DNA of 64,000 bases from Ostrea edulis (taxonomy: Eukaryota), in contig NC_079170.1 in NCBI RefSeq assembly GCF_947568905.1, positions 14,322,001 through 14,386,000 on the forward strand. Reading direction: 5' to 3'. The notes under the pieces were generated by a model. The model worked only from the letters and a program-made list of their open reading frames with translations, did not search any database and was not told the origin of the DNA. Positions within the stretch are counted from its first letter, which is position 1, and each line of letters starts with the position of its first letter. The translations under genes and the position numbers were made by a program. Shown here piece by piece: positions 1-10,395 of the stretch.

Positions 1-225
1 TACACATGCCAGGAAAGGAAACACACATTTTAAATTGTACCTATATTTTCATTAAACTCGTGGAAATTGATAATTTTCAAACATCCACTTCAGTAGGATA
101 CTCATTTATTCTCGCTCTGGTCCTATACTAAATTTAGAATTATACGTTTCTTCTTAATTTGAATACATTTATTGATACACCTAGTCTTAGTATCAGTGGA
201 CGTTTGGAATGTCTGCTCACTTTAC

Positions 226-559
226 CTTCTATGCTGCGGTATTCCCATCCGCTCCCATTGTAATTGATTGCTATTTCACTTTCCCCTAGAAATTTCCTAA
301 GGAGTCTGCAATGCATTAAGCTTGAACTATACAAATATCCTACACAGACTGGATCGTTTAGGTAGCATTTGATGGTACAGGCTTGAAACGATAAACCCTC
401 GAAAAAAATAAAGTAGTATGAGGCATTCTTTGGAAGGTTCCCATCAAATAGCGGCTCTCGTTGATAACGCACGTATTTTAAAGCTCTGGTGAATCCAGTC
501 TGTAAAAGGATAATGAACACCATGCTATTATATATAATCTCTTTTCTGTAGCCCACCAT
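226..559 (-). CDS. First coding exon: signal peptide + PAN/Apple-like domain (gene continues off the left edge)
   Basis: MVGY...hydrophobic VFIILLQTGFTRA, then C-x3-C-x6-C-x2-YLY-x6-C (CTIKCYLNDPVCVGYLYSSSLMHC). Phase-1 donor GAAG|GTAAAG at 226/225; 334 nt = 111 codons + 1. Paralogous to 8174-8513 and 44212-44552. Confidence 0.8.
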
Positions 560-810
560 ATTTATCTGTTCGAGAACGGCATGAAATGTGGAGATGCTTC
601 CTCTTTGAAAACGTTTAAGAGAATAACTTTAATCTGTATCGCTGTTTCTTATATATTCCCCAAGAGATGAATTTAACAAATACATTTTCAATGTAGCTTA
701 AATTATTAATGATATACAAGTAATGAAACCATGGTTTAATTCACATAGTAAGTGGAGCTTAGCAGTTTTCATGATTCTTTAATAGCGTAAGTAATTTTCC
801 AACCACTTTG

Positions 811-814
<4 letters not shown>

Positions 815-857
<43 letters not shown>
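815..857. repeat. (TC)n microsatellite
   Basis: About 21 perfect TC units. Confidence 0.95.
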
Positions 858-863
<6 letters not shown>

Positions 864-899
864 ATGTCAACACATAAATCCAACAGTGTTCTACTTTCT

Positions 900-1770
900 A
901 AACGTGTTGGATTTAAAAATATGCCAAGACAACATGAGTGTTGACCACTGTTATTGAAACCACATATTTTCGACGCAATCCATATCTTTATCGATCATGT
1001 GATGTATAGTTATTTACACGTACAAACAGTTTTCATGCACGTGTTTTTTTTTTTTTCGTTTTTTTTTAAAAACAGAAAGATGACACGTTGTTACAAAAAC
1101 AACTGTAAAGCAGTGGTGAATATTTAGTTAAATATATTTTCAAAATACGAATATTCCATGTCATTGTGACGGTTACAACTCCCACTCAATATCGTTAGGA
1201 AGGAAATAATGTATTTTAGAGTGTTACCGCTCTGGGAATGGATCCGACATTGCACACATTTTCTCACAAAATCTAAGATTTGGCGCAGGTGAGCTGAAAG
1301 GATTACCTGAGTGTACCATTCATTTGACCATATAGTGAAATTACTAAAAGAAGGTTTGAAATTCTACCATGCGTAAATCTTAAAATGACTATTCTGTTAC
1401 CGACAAAGTAAGTTTGGGCAAAACTAAGTAGATTAGAAAAAAACCAGTATGCTTTTCAAATTGTTCTCATTGTTTGGTCGTCTTCGTCACAGGGTGCTGT
1501 CCTGTTTGGGGGTATCATAATTGATCAACAAACTGCATTAGATTTGTAGATTCAAACTGAACAGCTTTCATCATGCATTTACATAATAGTTTCGACAAGT
1601 CCATCAACGATCTTTTATGAATCTTTTTTTCTTCCGTAGAAAGGTACTATGTTTAGGCATATTGAACAGATTTATAGAAAACTGCCTACTTTCATCCTTC
1701 ATATTTGAAAAGTATCCATTATGCAGATCATCAAAACTGTATTTCGAATCTCATTTCACCGAGTAAGTAC
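900..1770. other. Intronic block paralogous to 48780-49630
   Basis: Collinear matches such as ggattacctgagtgtaccatt, ccgacaaagtaagt, gaaaagtatccattatgcagat in both places. Confidence 0.8.
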
Positions 1771-1779
1771 AATATATCA

Positions 1780-2290
1780 AAACATGAAGATAATGAACAG
1801 TGGTCAATCTCATAACTCCCATGAATAATACAAAATTAAGAGTAGGGCAAACAGGGATACTTGGACATAGCACAGGTGGCATCAGATACTCAGGAGGCAC
1901 GAGTGTCCCCCGTCAACCGGCCACTCCTGGCGGGAATCCTATACTCCGATCAGGCAAACGGAGGAATTCGAAGTTCAAACCAATGTGCGAAGAACGACTT
2001 AATTTGATATGAAACAAATCAGACAGCATTTGAACCAATTAATGGTTTGATTGGTAAATTAGATCGTTATAAAGACCGAAAAATCTGCGAAAAGTTACTT
2101 TGAACGGGACTATTGAAACTCCTGTAACATCAACTCATTGTCAGTAGCCTGTCTCAATTTAAAAACTGACCATAAGCATAATATACTCCTGTGTATCGAC
2201 TCAGTTGAGAGACATAAACACCACATGCAGGTGATAATGGAATATTGCAACATAAATATGGGGAAATAATGATGGAGAAACTGTTCTTGT
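1780..2290 (-). mobile_element. Old Penelope-like (Naiad-type) fragment: RT C-terminus + 3' UTR
   Basis: Degenerate FSIINFPYLCSNIPLSPAYGVYISQLIRY-like sequence followed by the family 3' UTR. A copy sits at the same position in the paralogous block (49630-50100). Confidence 0.8.
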
Positions 2291-2374
2291 TCTACTTTTC
2301 TTCGCATGTTATTTCACGTCACATTTAAGAAATGTTCACTCATATCGAATAAATACATGCATAGCAGTCATTAC

Positions 2375-2594
2375 CATAGCCGTCTTTTCTGTTGTAAAAA
2401 AAGTACATTTTTTATGATAGCCAGTCCTCCTAAGTTTATAGTTATCCAAGGGTGAGGTTCAAAGTTCGTTATGAATAGCTCCGTCCATGTCGATGTATCT
2501 GTGCAACCATCAACACTTGCCAGAAGAGTGGTGTTGGTTATCCATGGATAAATTGAACTTGAACTCATCATCTTACCAAGAGCCAAATTATTCA
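2375..2594 (-). pseudogene. F-type lectin (FTP/fucolectin-like) exon, N-terminal half, with +1 frameshift
   Basis: Acceptor cttgtag|TG at 2594 and donor TATG|GTAATG at 2375. Translates VNNLALGK...ASVDG...PWITINLGGLAIIKNVL-YNRKD. 220 nt versus 219 nt in the paralog; the extra base lies in an A7 run near 2396-2402. Confidence 0.8.
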
Positions 2595-3439
2595 CTACAA
2601 GATAATATTACAAAATGGATATCACAAACTGATTAAAATTTCTTTGATGTACTACAAGCGGTTTTCTTTTTCAAATTAGTGAATGACTACGTCAAATAAT
2701 TCTTATTTTACGATGGTCTTTTCTAAACATCAAATTGCATGCATCTTTGTTGTCTCATATTCCACAAAGCTATTGAAAATTTACATTCTATGCAAGATGC
2801 CGTCACAAATAATTATGATATCGATATTAAATCTGGCTGCTGCTGTGACGATTATTTTTCAGGGTAACCAAGAACATGTACCAGATGGGGCTAATGCTAT
2901 AAAGGAGAATATGGCATACAATGTACAATCAGCATATTACTATATTCACTAAAACGGAACGCATCAATCTTATAATTCCTAATAAGGATATCAAATCAAG
3001 AGTAGGACAAACACGGACCTGAGAGAGCAGGTCTTATTTGTAAATTAGATCGGTATAACAACCATAAAATTTGCGAAATGCTGACTTTACAGGAAACTGT
3101 CGATTGCGGATGAGCTCATTGGACGAATACAATGTGTCTTAATTCGATCACTGAAAAAACCGTTGATTAGCAAGCCCAAAACAATAAACATCTCTGGTGT
3201 GTCCAGGGGCCCGTGTTTGCCCAACTACCTATTCTGTATTGCTTATAGGAGTTATGAGATTGATCACTGTTCGTTATCTTCACCTTGCATGTAAGTTGCA
3301 GTGTAAATACGTTTATACATTTAATGAAATATCAATGCAAGTGTTTTTGTATCTGTTTAGCCATCTCTTTGTAAACCTTTCCGTTTATCCCGAGGAGGGA
3401 CAGGTCGTCCCGACAATTCTAATTGCTCATGTCGTTGGT

Positions 3440-3790
3440 CATTATAGTGAACTGGTTGTTTTACATTCCATCGATAACTTGTCACTCATATTGAGACGTC
3501 ACCAGCTGTAGGTGGTGTACAACAAATTTAGACCTATGCTTAGCACTCATGGTCGTAGGGTTTTGTAACTTGTTAACGCTTGTCGCTATCCGGGACGTCC
3601 GTTTCTATGGTCGTCTCCACAGCACCCGTAATTATCACCTCTAAAGACCAAACGCTTGGGAAAGGAGCAATCTCTTCCTATGTTAACGTCTTAGGTTTTA
3701 CGCGGCCATGGTGCTAGCGGGATTCCAACTCATGACTTACCACTAACGAAGCGAACACTCAATCACTAAGCTACCACGACCAGTCATGTT
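3440..3790 (-). mobile_element. tRNA-derived SINE
   Basis: The minus strand begins with a tRNA-like head (TAGCTTAGTGATT A-box-like, GAGTTGGAATCC B-box-like). Its 3' part (agcataggtctaaattt, ggtgacgtctcaatatgagtga) resembles the SINEs at 8.6 and 41.5 kb. Confidence 0.7.
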
Positions 3791-3857
3791 CATTTTAGTG
3801 AGTATATATATGCTGTCCCTGAAACATTCTAATTTACCATTTTTACAATCGCTAACC

Positions 3858-4030
3858 ATGCGTTCAGCGTGCGCTCTTCTTGCGTGTGCTTTCACAGTTC
3901 GCTTTCCATGCGCTCTCCGTTCAAGGTTTTGAGTTCATCAACGGCTCATGTTCACCGTTCACAAAGCCTTCATCGTTTGCTCTCCGTGCATTCGCCGTGC
4001 GTTTACCGTTCGTTCAGCGTTCAGTTTTTA
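3858..4030. repeat. Degenerate (A)CCGTTC/GCGTTC-rich low-complexity repeat, similar to 6340-6550
   Basis: Many imperfect accgttc/gcgttc/ttcacc units with strong T/C strand bias. Confidence 0.7.
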
Positions 4031-4369
4031 TCTTTGGATTGTCATTCGGAGCTCTAGAATGAAAGGGCCGATATTTATAAGGAGGACAAAACTAAAAGGC
4101 ATCTGGATTATTAACTGTGAAAATTCAGAGAAGACTTGTTCCGTGATTGGTCAGACTTTGTTTTTTAAAACATAGAAATGATTGTTTCTATCTAACTCAT
4201 CATTAGACAATTAATGATGCGTATTTCCGTCAGTGAAATATCCTTACAGAGTGAATATGATAATATATGATCTCAATCAGTGTTTTATACATTTTATATT
4301 AAGTTTGATTACATGTTTAGTTGGTTTGTCTATTTTCTTCTACCGGGTCGCTTCTCTCAACGATATCCA

Positions 4370-4778
4370 GATCTACACATCTTAAATGCATGTCTGCAAC
4401 ACCAACCATAACTACAAATCTTAAATACATGTCTGTAACATCAAACAGACCTACACATCTTACATGGCTGTAACATCAAACAGACCTACACATCTTACAT
4501 GTCTGTAACATCAAACAGATCTACAAATCTTACATGTATGTAACATCAAACAGATCTACAAATCTTATATGTCTGTAACATCACACAGATCTACAAATCT
4601 TACATGTCTGTAACATCAAACAGACCTACAAATCTTAAATGCATGTCTGTAACATCAAACAGACCTACAAATCTTACATGTCTGTAACATCAAACAGACC
4701 TACAAATCTTAAATACATGTCTGCAACACCAACCAGAACTATAAATCTTAAATACATGTCTGCAACACCAACCAGATA
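4370..4778. repeat. 35-bp minisatellite (41-bp variants), about 11 units
   Basis: Unit catgtctgtaacatcaaacagacctacaaatctta. Confidence 0.92.
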
Positions 4779-5679
4779 TATATTTCAACGACAATCGCCG
4801 AGCGTCTGCAACTTGTGACACCAATGCAAACAGTGGCACGGGGCATCTCGAAGTACAACTCATGCACTTTATTCTTGTTCCGTAGCAACAGGAGGGGATT
4901 AATAATGACTATATTTAGAACTGTAGAACAGGCTGTTTCCTGCTTTGATTTTGTTTTATTATATCATTGTGTCAATAACCGAGGAATTTTTATAATGCTT
5001 GGACTCAGAATTCAATGCACATATTCGTTAGCAAGTCATTGAAATAAATTTCTTTCTAAAATATTACAATGGAAACTAATTGATACTCATAGTCAAGCTG
5101 TATTTGTGATTTTAAAATGGATGAAAAGATAAATGAAGTTTAATTGATTAAAATAGGCTTTGAAATGATGACGTACATAGTTCAACTGTATGCACATATA
5201 TAGATGGGTTTTTTTTAAAATAAGAAATTACTAGAAGCTTCATCTCGACATTTGATGCGGTTGTTTATGAATAATCGTTGTTAAAGATATTAAAAAACTT
5301 CTTAAATTATTTATTGATTAATGTCCTTATTAACTTCTCATTTGATCGTATTCAATAAACTATTATTTTCTTCATTTAGGAAATATTCAACAACATCAGA
5401 AGAACCAAATACCTATTTAATATGCACAGAAGCATAATATTTCTCCCGACATTGCATGCATCTTTATTTATTTATTCATTTGCTGTGGGAAGTGTTCCAA
5501 AATATTATAGCTTTTAATGTAGTCTGGGGACTTCCGAACTACAAAACTTATCAATTACTTAAATGCAAATATTTCTTGACATACCTAATGAAAAATGAAG
5601 ATAACGAACAAGGACATTCTCTTATCTCATATAGAGTTGAAAATATGGATGTATATCTAATTGCTGTGATAAAAGTTAG

Positions 5680-5905
5680 AAATTCATTTCAAAATTAAGG
5701 ATTATCTCCCTCATGTATAGCTCTTATCCTTAGACGAATTTGACTCCAGTTTTTTGGGCACTCTGTTTTTCCCTAAAATAGCTCTTAAAAGTTTATTGTT
5801 ATTTCGGATTTCAAAAATTTTGTTTCAGCATCACTGAAGAGACATTACTTGCCAAATTGCGCATCTGGTGCATCAACATTGGTACCGTATAAGCTTTACA
5901 TCTCC
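5680..5905 (+). repeat. About 225-bp unclassified interspersed repeat (copies also at 11823-11868 +, 45483-45665 -, 47490-47708 +)
   Basis: Shared aagggattatctccctcat...catcactgaagagaca...gcgcatctggtgcatcaaaattggtaccgtataagttttacat. Confidence 0.85.
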
Positions 5906-5955
5906 TATAAGCAATACAGAATAGAGAGTTGGGCAAACACGGACCCCTGGATATA

Positions 5956-6163
5956 CTATGGAATCAATAGAATTCGTGGTGGCTCAATTTTCGTGAAATT
6001 CGTGGGTACCCCTCACCCACGAATTTACATCCTCAACGAATAAAGACAACTAGTATACAAGAATCTTACAAATATATAAATCCACGAAATTACATCCCAA
6101 CGAACCCGTAAAAATTAAGCAATTCACGAAAATTGGCCCCCTCGAATTTAAATGATGCTACAG
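5956..6163. mobile_element. 208-bp MITE with TA target-site duplication (Tc1/mariner-type), inside a Penelope-like 3' UTR copy (5900-6290)
   Basis: TA|ctatggaatcaatagaattcgtgg...ccctcgaatttaaatgatgctacag|TA with imperfect TIRs of about 40 bp. Removing it restores ggatata-ccagaggtggg. Confidence 0.85.
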
Positions 6164-6339
6164 TACCAGAGGTGGGATCAAGTGCCTAGGAGGAGTACAT
6201 GTAAGTATCCCCTGTCGACCGGTCACACCCGCCATGAGCCCTATATATTGATCGGGTAAATAAATTTTATCCGTAGTCAAAATCAGTGTACCTAATTACA
6301 TATATAAAGTAAATACGATGTAATGAAATCAATTGTTCA

Positions 6340-6550
6340 TCTTGAGTTTACATTCGTTCAATATTCGCTCACCGTCCACTCGACGTTCACCGTTTGCTCA
6401 TCGTTCGCTTTACACTCGCGTTTGCTCACCGTTCAGCGTTCATCAACCGTTCACCAATTTGTGTTCAGCGTTCAAACACCGTTCGCTGTGCGTTTGTTCA
6501 CCGTGCGTTCACCATTTCCTCACCGTTCGAGTGGGACAGTAGAACGTTTC
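6340..6550. repeat. Degenerate ACCGTTC-rich repeat
   Basis: Multiple caccgttc/gcgttc units; same type as 3858-4030. Confidence 0.7.
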
Positions 6551-8173
6551 AGTCTCATAAAAGGAATTCAAAATAGAGAGTTGGACAAACAGGGACTCCT
6601 GGGTATACCTGAGTTGGGATCAGGTGTCGAGGGTAAATACATGTAGGCGTCGCCTGTCAACTTCACACACACCCGCTGTGAGCCCTTTATTTTGATCAGG
6701 TAAATAGAGTTAACTGTAGCTATCTTCAATGTGCCAAGAACAGTCTAACAATCGATATGAAACATGTTAGACAGCTTTGACGCAATGGCAGGTTATATAT
6801 ATTTTTTAACTCGAGACACGAAAACTTGACAGTGCCCTAAATTTTGAAAATCACAGCAATAATACCGTGTGTCTCCCCCATTCGCTGGAATAACTGCCTG
6901 ACACCCACTTTGAGGTCACCTGATTATGTAAAAACATTTGTGTTAAAGACCCCAAAATAATACCGTACAGTTTCTTCACGAATCACTGGATCTGGGCAAG
7001 CTTATCTATGGCCATAGTTATCTACCTGAAATTAACCTGGCCAAAAGATAAGGGTGATGTATAATGAGCTGACATACAGTCTACATCTCCCTTCAGTTGT
7101 CGACAGGTCAATGTTATCAAAATTCTGGTATATTCGGCTTCCTCAAGATCTAAACAAGCCCGGTTATTATTGACTGTTATTGTTATCAAACACCTCTTTT
7201 GGGTAGCTGCAGACTGCAGTTTCTGCAGATGTCACTCCATCTGAGATTTATTGTTTTTAATGTTTGATTGACAGACGGTTTACCATTGATCACGATACAG
7301 ATAAAATTTGGTGTTGTTAACTTAAAATTGGGTCTTTCATGAGGTATCTAAGCTGTGAAAAGTATGTCACGTAAATGGGTCACTCTTGTGTATCGGTCTT
7401 GTTGATGGGTTGTTACATGTGAAAGGAAAAGATAACGAACAGTGATGTACACACCGTTAGCGTAGGTCTGCTATGCTTCCATTTCCATTGAATTTTCGGA
7501 TTAGGTTTACGATGCTCTTGTGATCGCTATTGAAATTTCTAGTAGTTTGTGAAAACAATTATCACTAGTATCCCTTAGTTATCGTCTTGGGTAAATATAT
7601 TTGTTGCCGAGTACTACATAGTGTATATCCAGTTGCATGTACATGTATATAGACATGTCCCTGAAATGTCTCCGAGCGACCGGAAATTTCTAATAATTAA
7701 TCGCGCGGGATATGTTGCCATGAAATGTTAGAGAACTTTTTTTTTTAATTTATCTATATTTAACGACATGTATAGGATACAAAACCTGCCTTGGAAAAAG
7801 AAACAATAAATAATGACATGTATAACTTATGAAATTATTGTCCGACTTGTATCTCTGTTTAGTCATACTGCAAATGCTAGGAAGGGAAACGTCACATTTC
7901 AAACTTTACCTATAGCTTCATCAAATTGTTGATATTGCTAAATTTCAAACATTCATTTCAATACTGATGGCGAAAATACTCACTTACCCTTGCTCTGGCC
8001 ACATACTAAAAGAATTATTTGAATACTATTATCCAGGGCTCCGTGTTTGCCCAACTATCTATTTTGTATTGCTTGTAGGAGTTATGAGATTGATCACTGT
8101 TCGTTATCTTCACCTAACATTGATACACGTAGTATCAATAACAGTGGATGTTTAGAATGTCTGCTCACTTTAC

Positions 8174-8513
8174 CTTCTATGCTGCGGTATTCCCATCCAC
8201 TTCCATTGTAATTGTTTGCTATTTCACTTTCGCCCAGAAATTTCCTAAGGAGTCTGCAATGTATCAGGCTTGAACTATACAAATATCCTACACAGAGTGG
8301 ATCGTTTAGGTAACATTTAATGGTACAGGCTTGAAAAGATAAACCCTTGAAGAAATTAAAATAGTACGAGGCATTTTTTGGTAAGATCCCATCAAATAAT
8401 AGCTCCCGTTGATAACGCACGTGTGTTAGAGCTCTGGTGAACCCGGTCTGTAAAATAATAAGCACCATCATGCTATTGTATAGAATCTCTTTTCTGTAGC
8501 CAACCATATTCAT
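8174..8513 (-). CDS. First coding exon: signal peptide + PAN/Apple-like domain, probably spliced to the FTP exon at 2594
   Basis: MNMVGY...CTIKCYLNDPLCVGYLYSSSLIHC. Phase-1 donor at 8174/8173 (340 nt) is compatible with the phase-1 acceptor at 2594 (G|TG = Val). Confidence 0.8.
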
Positions 8514-8597
8514 CTTTTGTAAACGGATACGAAATGTGTGATGTTTCCTCAGTCAGTACTCTAAATCCCATTTACCAAAGAGAATAATACTAAGCTG

Positions 8598-8856
8598 CGA
8601 GATCCTTTGTACCCCTTGCTTGTCGTAAGAGGCAACTATAAGGGTCGGTCTTTCCGATGGGACCGCAAAACCCGAGGTCCCATGTCACAGCAGGTATGAT
8701 ACAGTAAATAGCTCTCTAGATCTCTGTTTAATGTGCATAAGCACCAAGTATAGGCCGCCTAGAAAAATGCAGCCCTTCACCGGCAATGGTGAGGTTTTCA
8801 TATGGTTGAAAGATTCTCGAGAGGGACGTCAAACAATATCAGATCAATTAATGAAC
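8598..8856 (+). mobile_element. 5'-truncated SINE with 8-bp TSD, about 85 bp upstream of the PAN-exon ATG
   Basis: Core gaggtccc(a)tgtcacagcaggt... shared with 41506-41774. Flanking ctaagctg at 8590-8597 and 8857-8864. Confidence 0.8.
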
Positions 8857-9099
8857 CTAAGCTGAATGTATGTTATCTGTCTAATTGCCCAAGAGATGGA
8901 TGTAGATAAGGACTTCTGGAATGTTTGTATTATCGATGATAAAGAAAGCAATGCAATTACGAGTTCATTTACTTAATGAGCGAATCTCATTTTTAATATT
9001 CTTTTGAAACCGATATCTTTACAACATAAATATTCTTGCAGTCTGATCCGTGTATGTATGTATGTATATATATATATATATATATATACAAATATATAC

Positions 9100-9165
9100 A
9101 ATCTTCAGACGTTTTACATAATCATTTTGTTATGACAACATAATTATGTAAAACGTCTGAAGATT
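9100..9165. repeat. Perfect 23-bp inverted repeat with 20-nt spacer, between (TA)n and (TATG)n tracts
   Basis: aatcttcagacgttttacataat / attatgtaaaacgtctgaagatt. Confidence 0.9.
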
Positions 9166-9581
9166 TTTTTAAAATGAAAGCGCTTATGTTTTACAACGTG
9201 TTGTCATATTGTATTTAATATCTTAGCTATTGATTACCGGACACTGAGGCAATTTTTCACATTTGGAAATATATCTATATGTATGCATGCATGTATGTAT
9301 GTATGTATGTATGTATGTATGAATGTATGTATGCGTGCATATGTGTGTTTAGTTTGTAAAAAGAAATCAACTTAGAAATTGTAAAAAGAATAATTTCCAT
9401 TCCATATCATTTCGATGACGAAGGAATGCTGTCACATGCTACGCGGTCATTGAGAATGGAAATGGGCAGTTGTTTAAGGATATGCAGGACGATGATCACG
9501 TGATGGTTGCGATTTTATTATCAATTTAGAACCGGACGCAGCGTAGTTAAAGCTTCCCAAGAAAAATTACAATGCTGTATA

Positions 9582-10395
9582 GTCTCGTTCAACCAGACAC
9601 TCGGCTGTCTCCGCAAATCTCCGACGAGCAGAGAGTCTGGTAAAGACACGCGATGATAACTGTTACCGCTAGGGAGCGCTAATTTAGTTTCGGTTAGATT
9701 CTCTGACATTTAAAAATTCATTCCGAGATTTGATTCTAATTAGATGATCTTTCATTAGTGATACTAATGGGAAAATCATTTATCTACTACATGTACAACA
9801 GAAAACAATTACGGTCGTTGTCAGCTGGAAAGTTTGCTTTCACTTTTGCCTCCTAAAGTAATTTTAATAAAACGGTTTTACCATGTCCCGTGGGTAGAAC
9901 AGCAAATAAATCATTTCCTTTACAAAAGTTTTTTTTATAAACACTCTAGTTGTAAATCCTTAAGCTTGAACGGCAAATTCAATCTATTACAAATTTCTTC
10001 GGCAGTCGTTATTTTGGAGGTGTTTTGAATCAACCAATCAAATTAGATACCGATATTTTGGTAAGCCTCATTCTGACGTTACAAACGTTATCGCGTGTCT
10101 TTACCAATCGGAATTCCTCGAATGTCTCGCGCACTCGACATAGATCTCGGATGTAATACGATGGCATCCATGAGTGAATTTGATGCATTGTCAACTATGA
10201 CGTCACAGCTTACTGCACTACGTTACGTACGTCATAGCTAGCAATGCATCAAATTCACTTATGGATACCATCGTAATACATCGGAAATCTAAGTCTAGTG
10301 CGCGAGACATTCGAGGAGTTGCGATTGGTGTCTTTACCAGACTCTCTGATCGACGGAGATTTACGTAGAAAGCAGAGCGTCTGATTGCACAAGAC
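9582..10395. mobile_element. Non-autonomous DNA transposon with about 80-bp TIRs and TA TSD
   Basis: TA|gtctcgttcaaccagacactcgg...agagagtctggtaaagacacgcgat at left; inverted copy ending caagac|TA at right. Confidence 0.8.
10105..10327. mobile_element. Fold-back MITE (about 99-bp arms, 25-nt loop) with 10-bp TSD, MULE-like
   Basis: caatcgg...ctatgacgt / acgtcatag...cgattg, flanked by gtgtctttac at 10095-10104 and 10328-10337. Confidence 0.85.

Noticed and set aside
140-225. C-terminal tails of the ORF-track proteins 140-559 and 8094-8513
   Set aside because: They run past a conserved GT donor into intron; the paralogs diverge in frame after it.
3720-3790. tRNA genes at tRNA-like segments (also 12790-12850, 26030-26080, 53590-53665)
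   Set aside because: No complete cloverleaf could be drawn; they are SINE heads or repeat-internal fragments.
4370-4778. Regular repeats as a possible CRISPR array (also 38238-38390, 58918-59175, 61750-62690)
   Set aside because: Units are head-to-tail with no unique spacers, there are no cas genes, and the context is eukaryotic. These are minisatellites.
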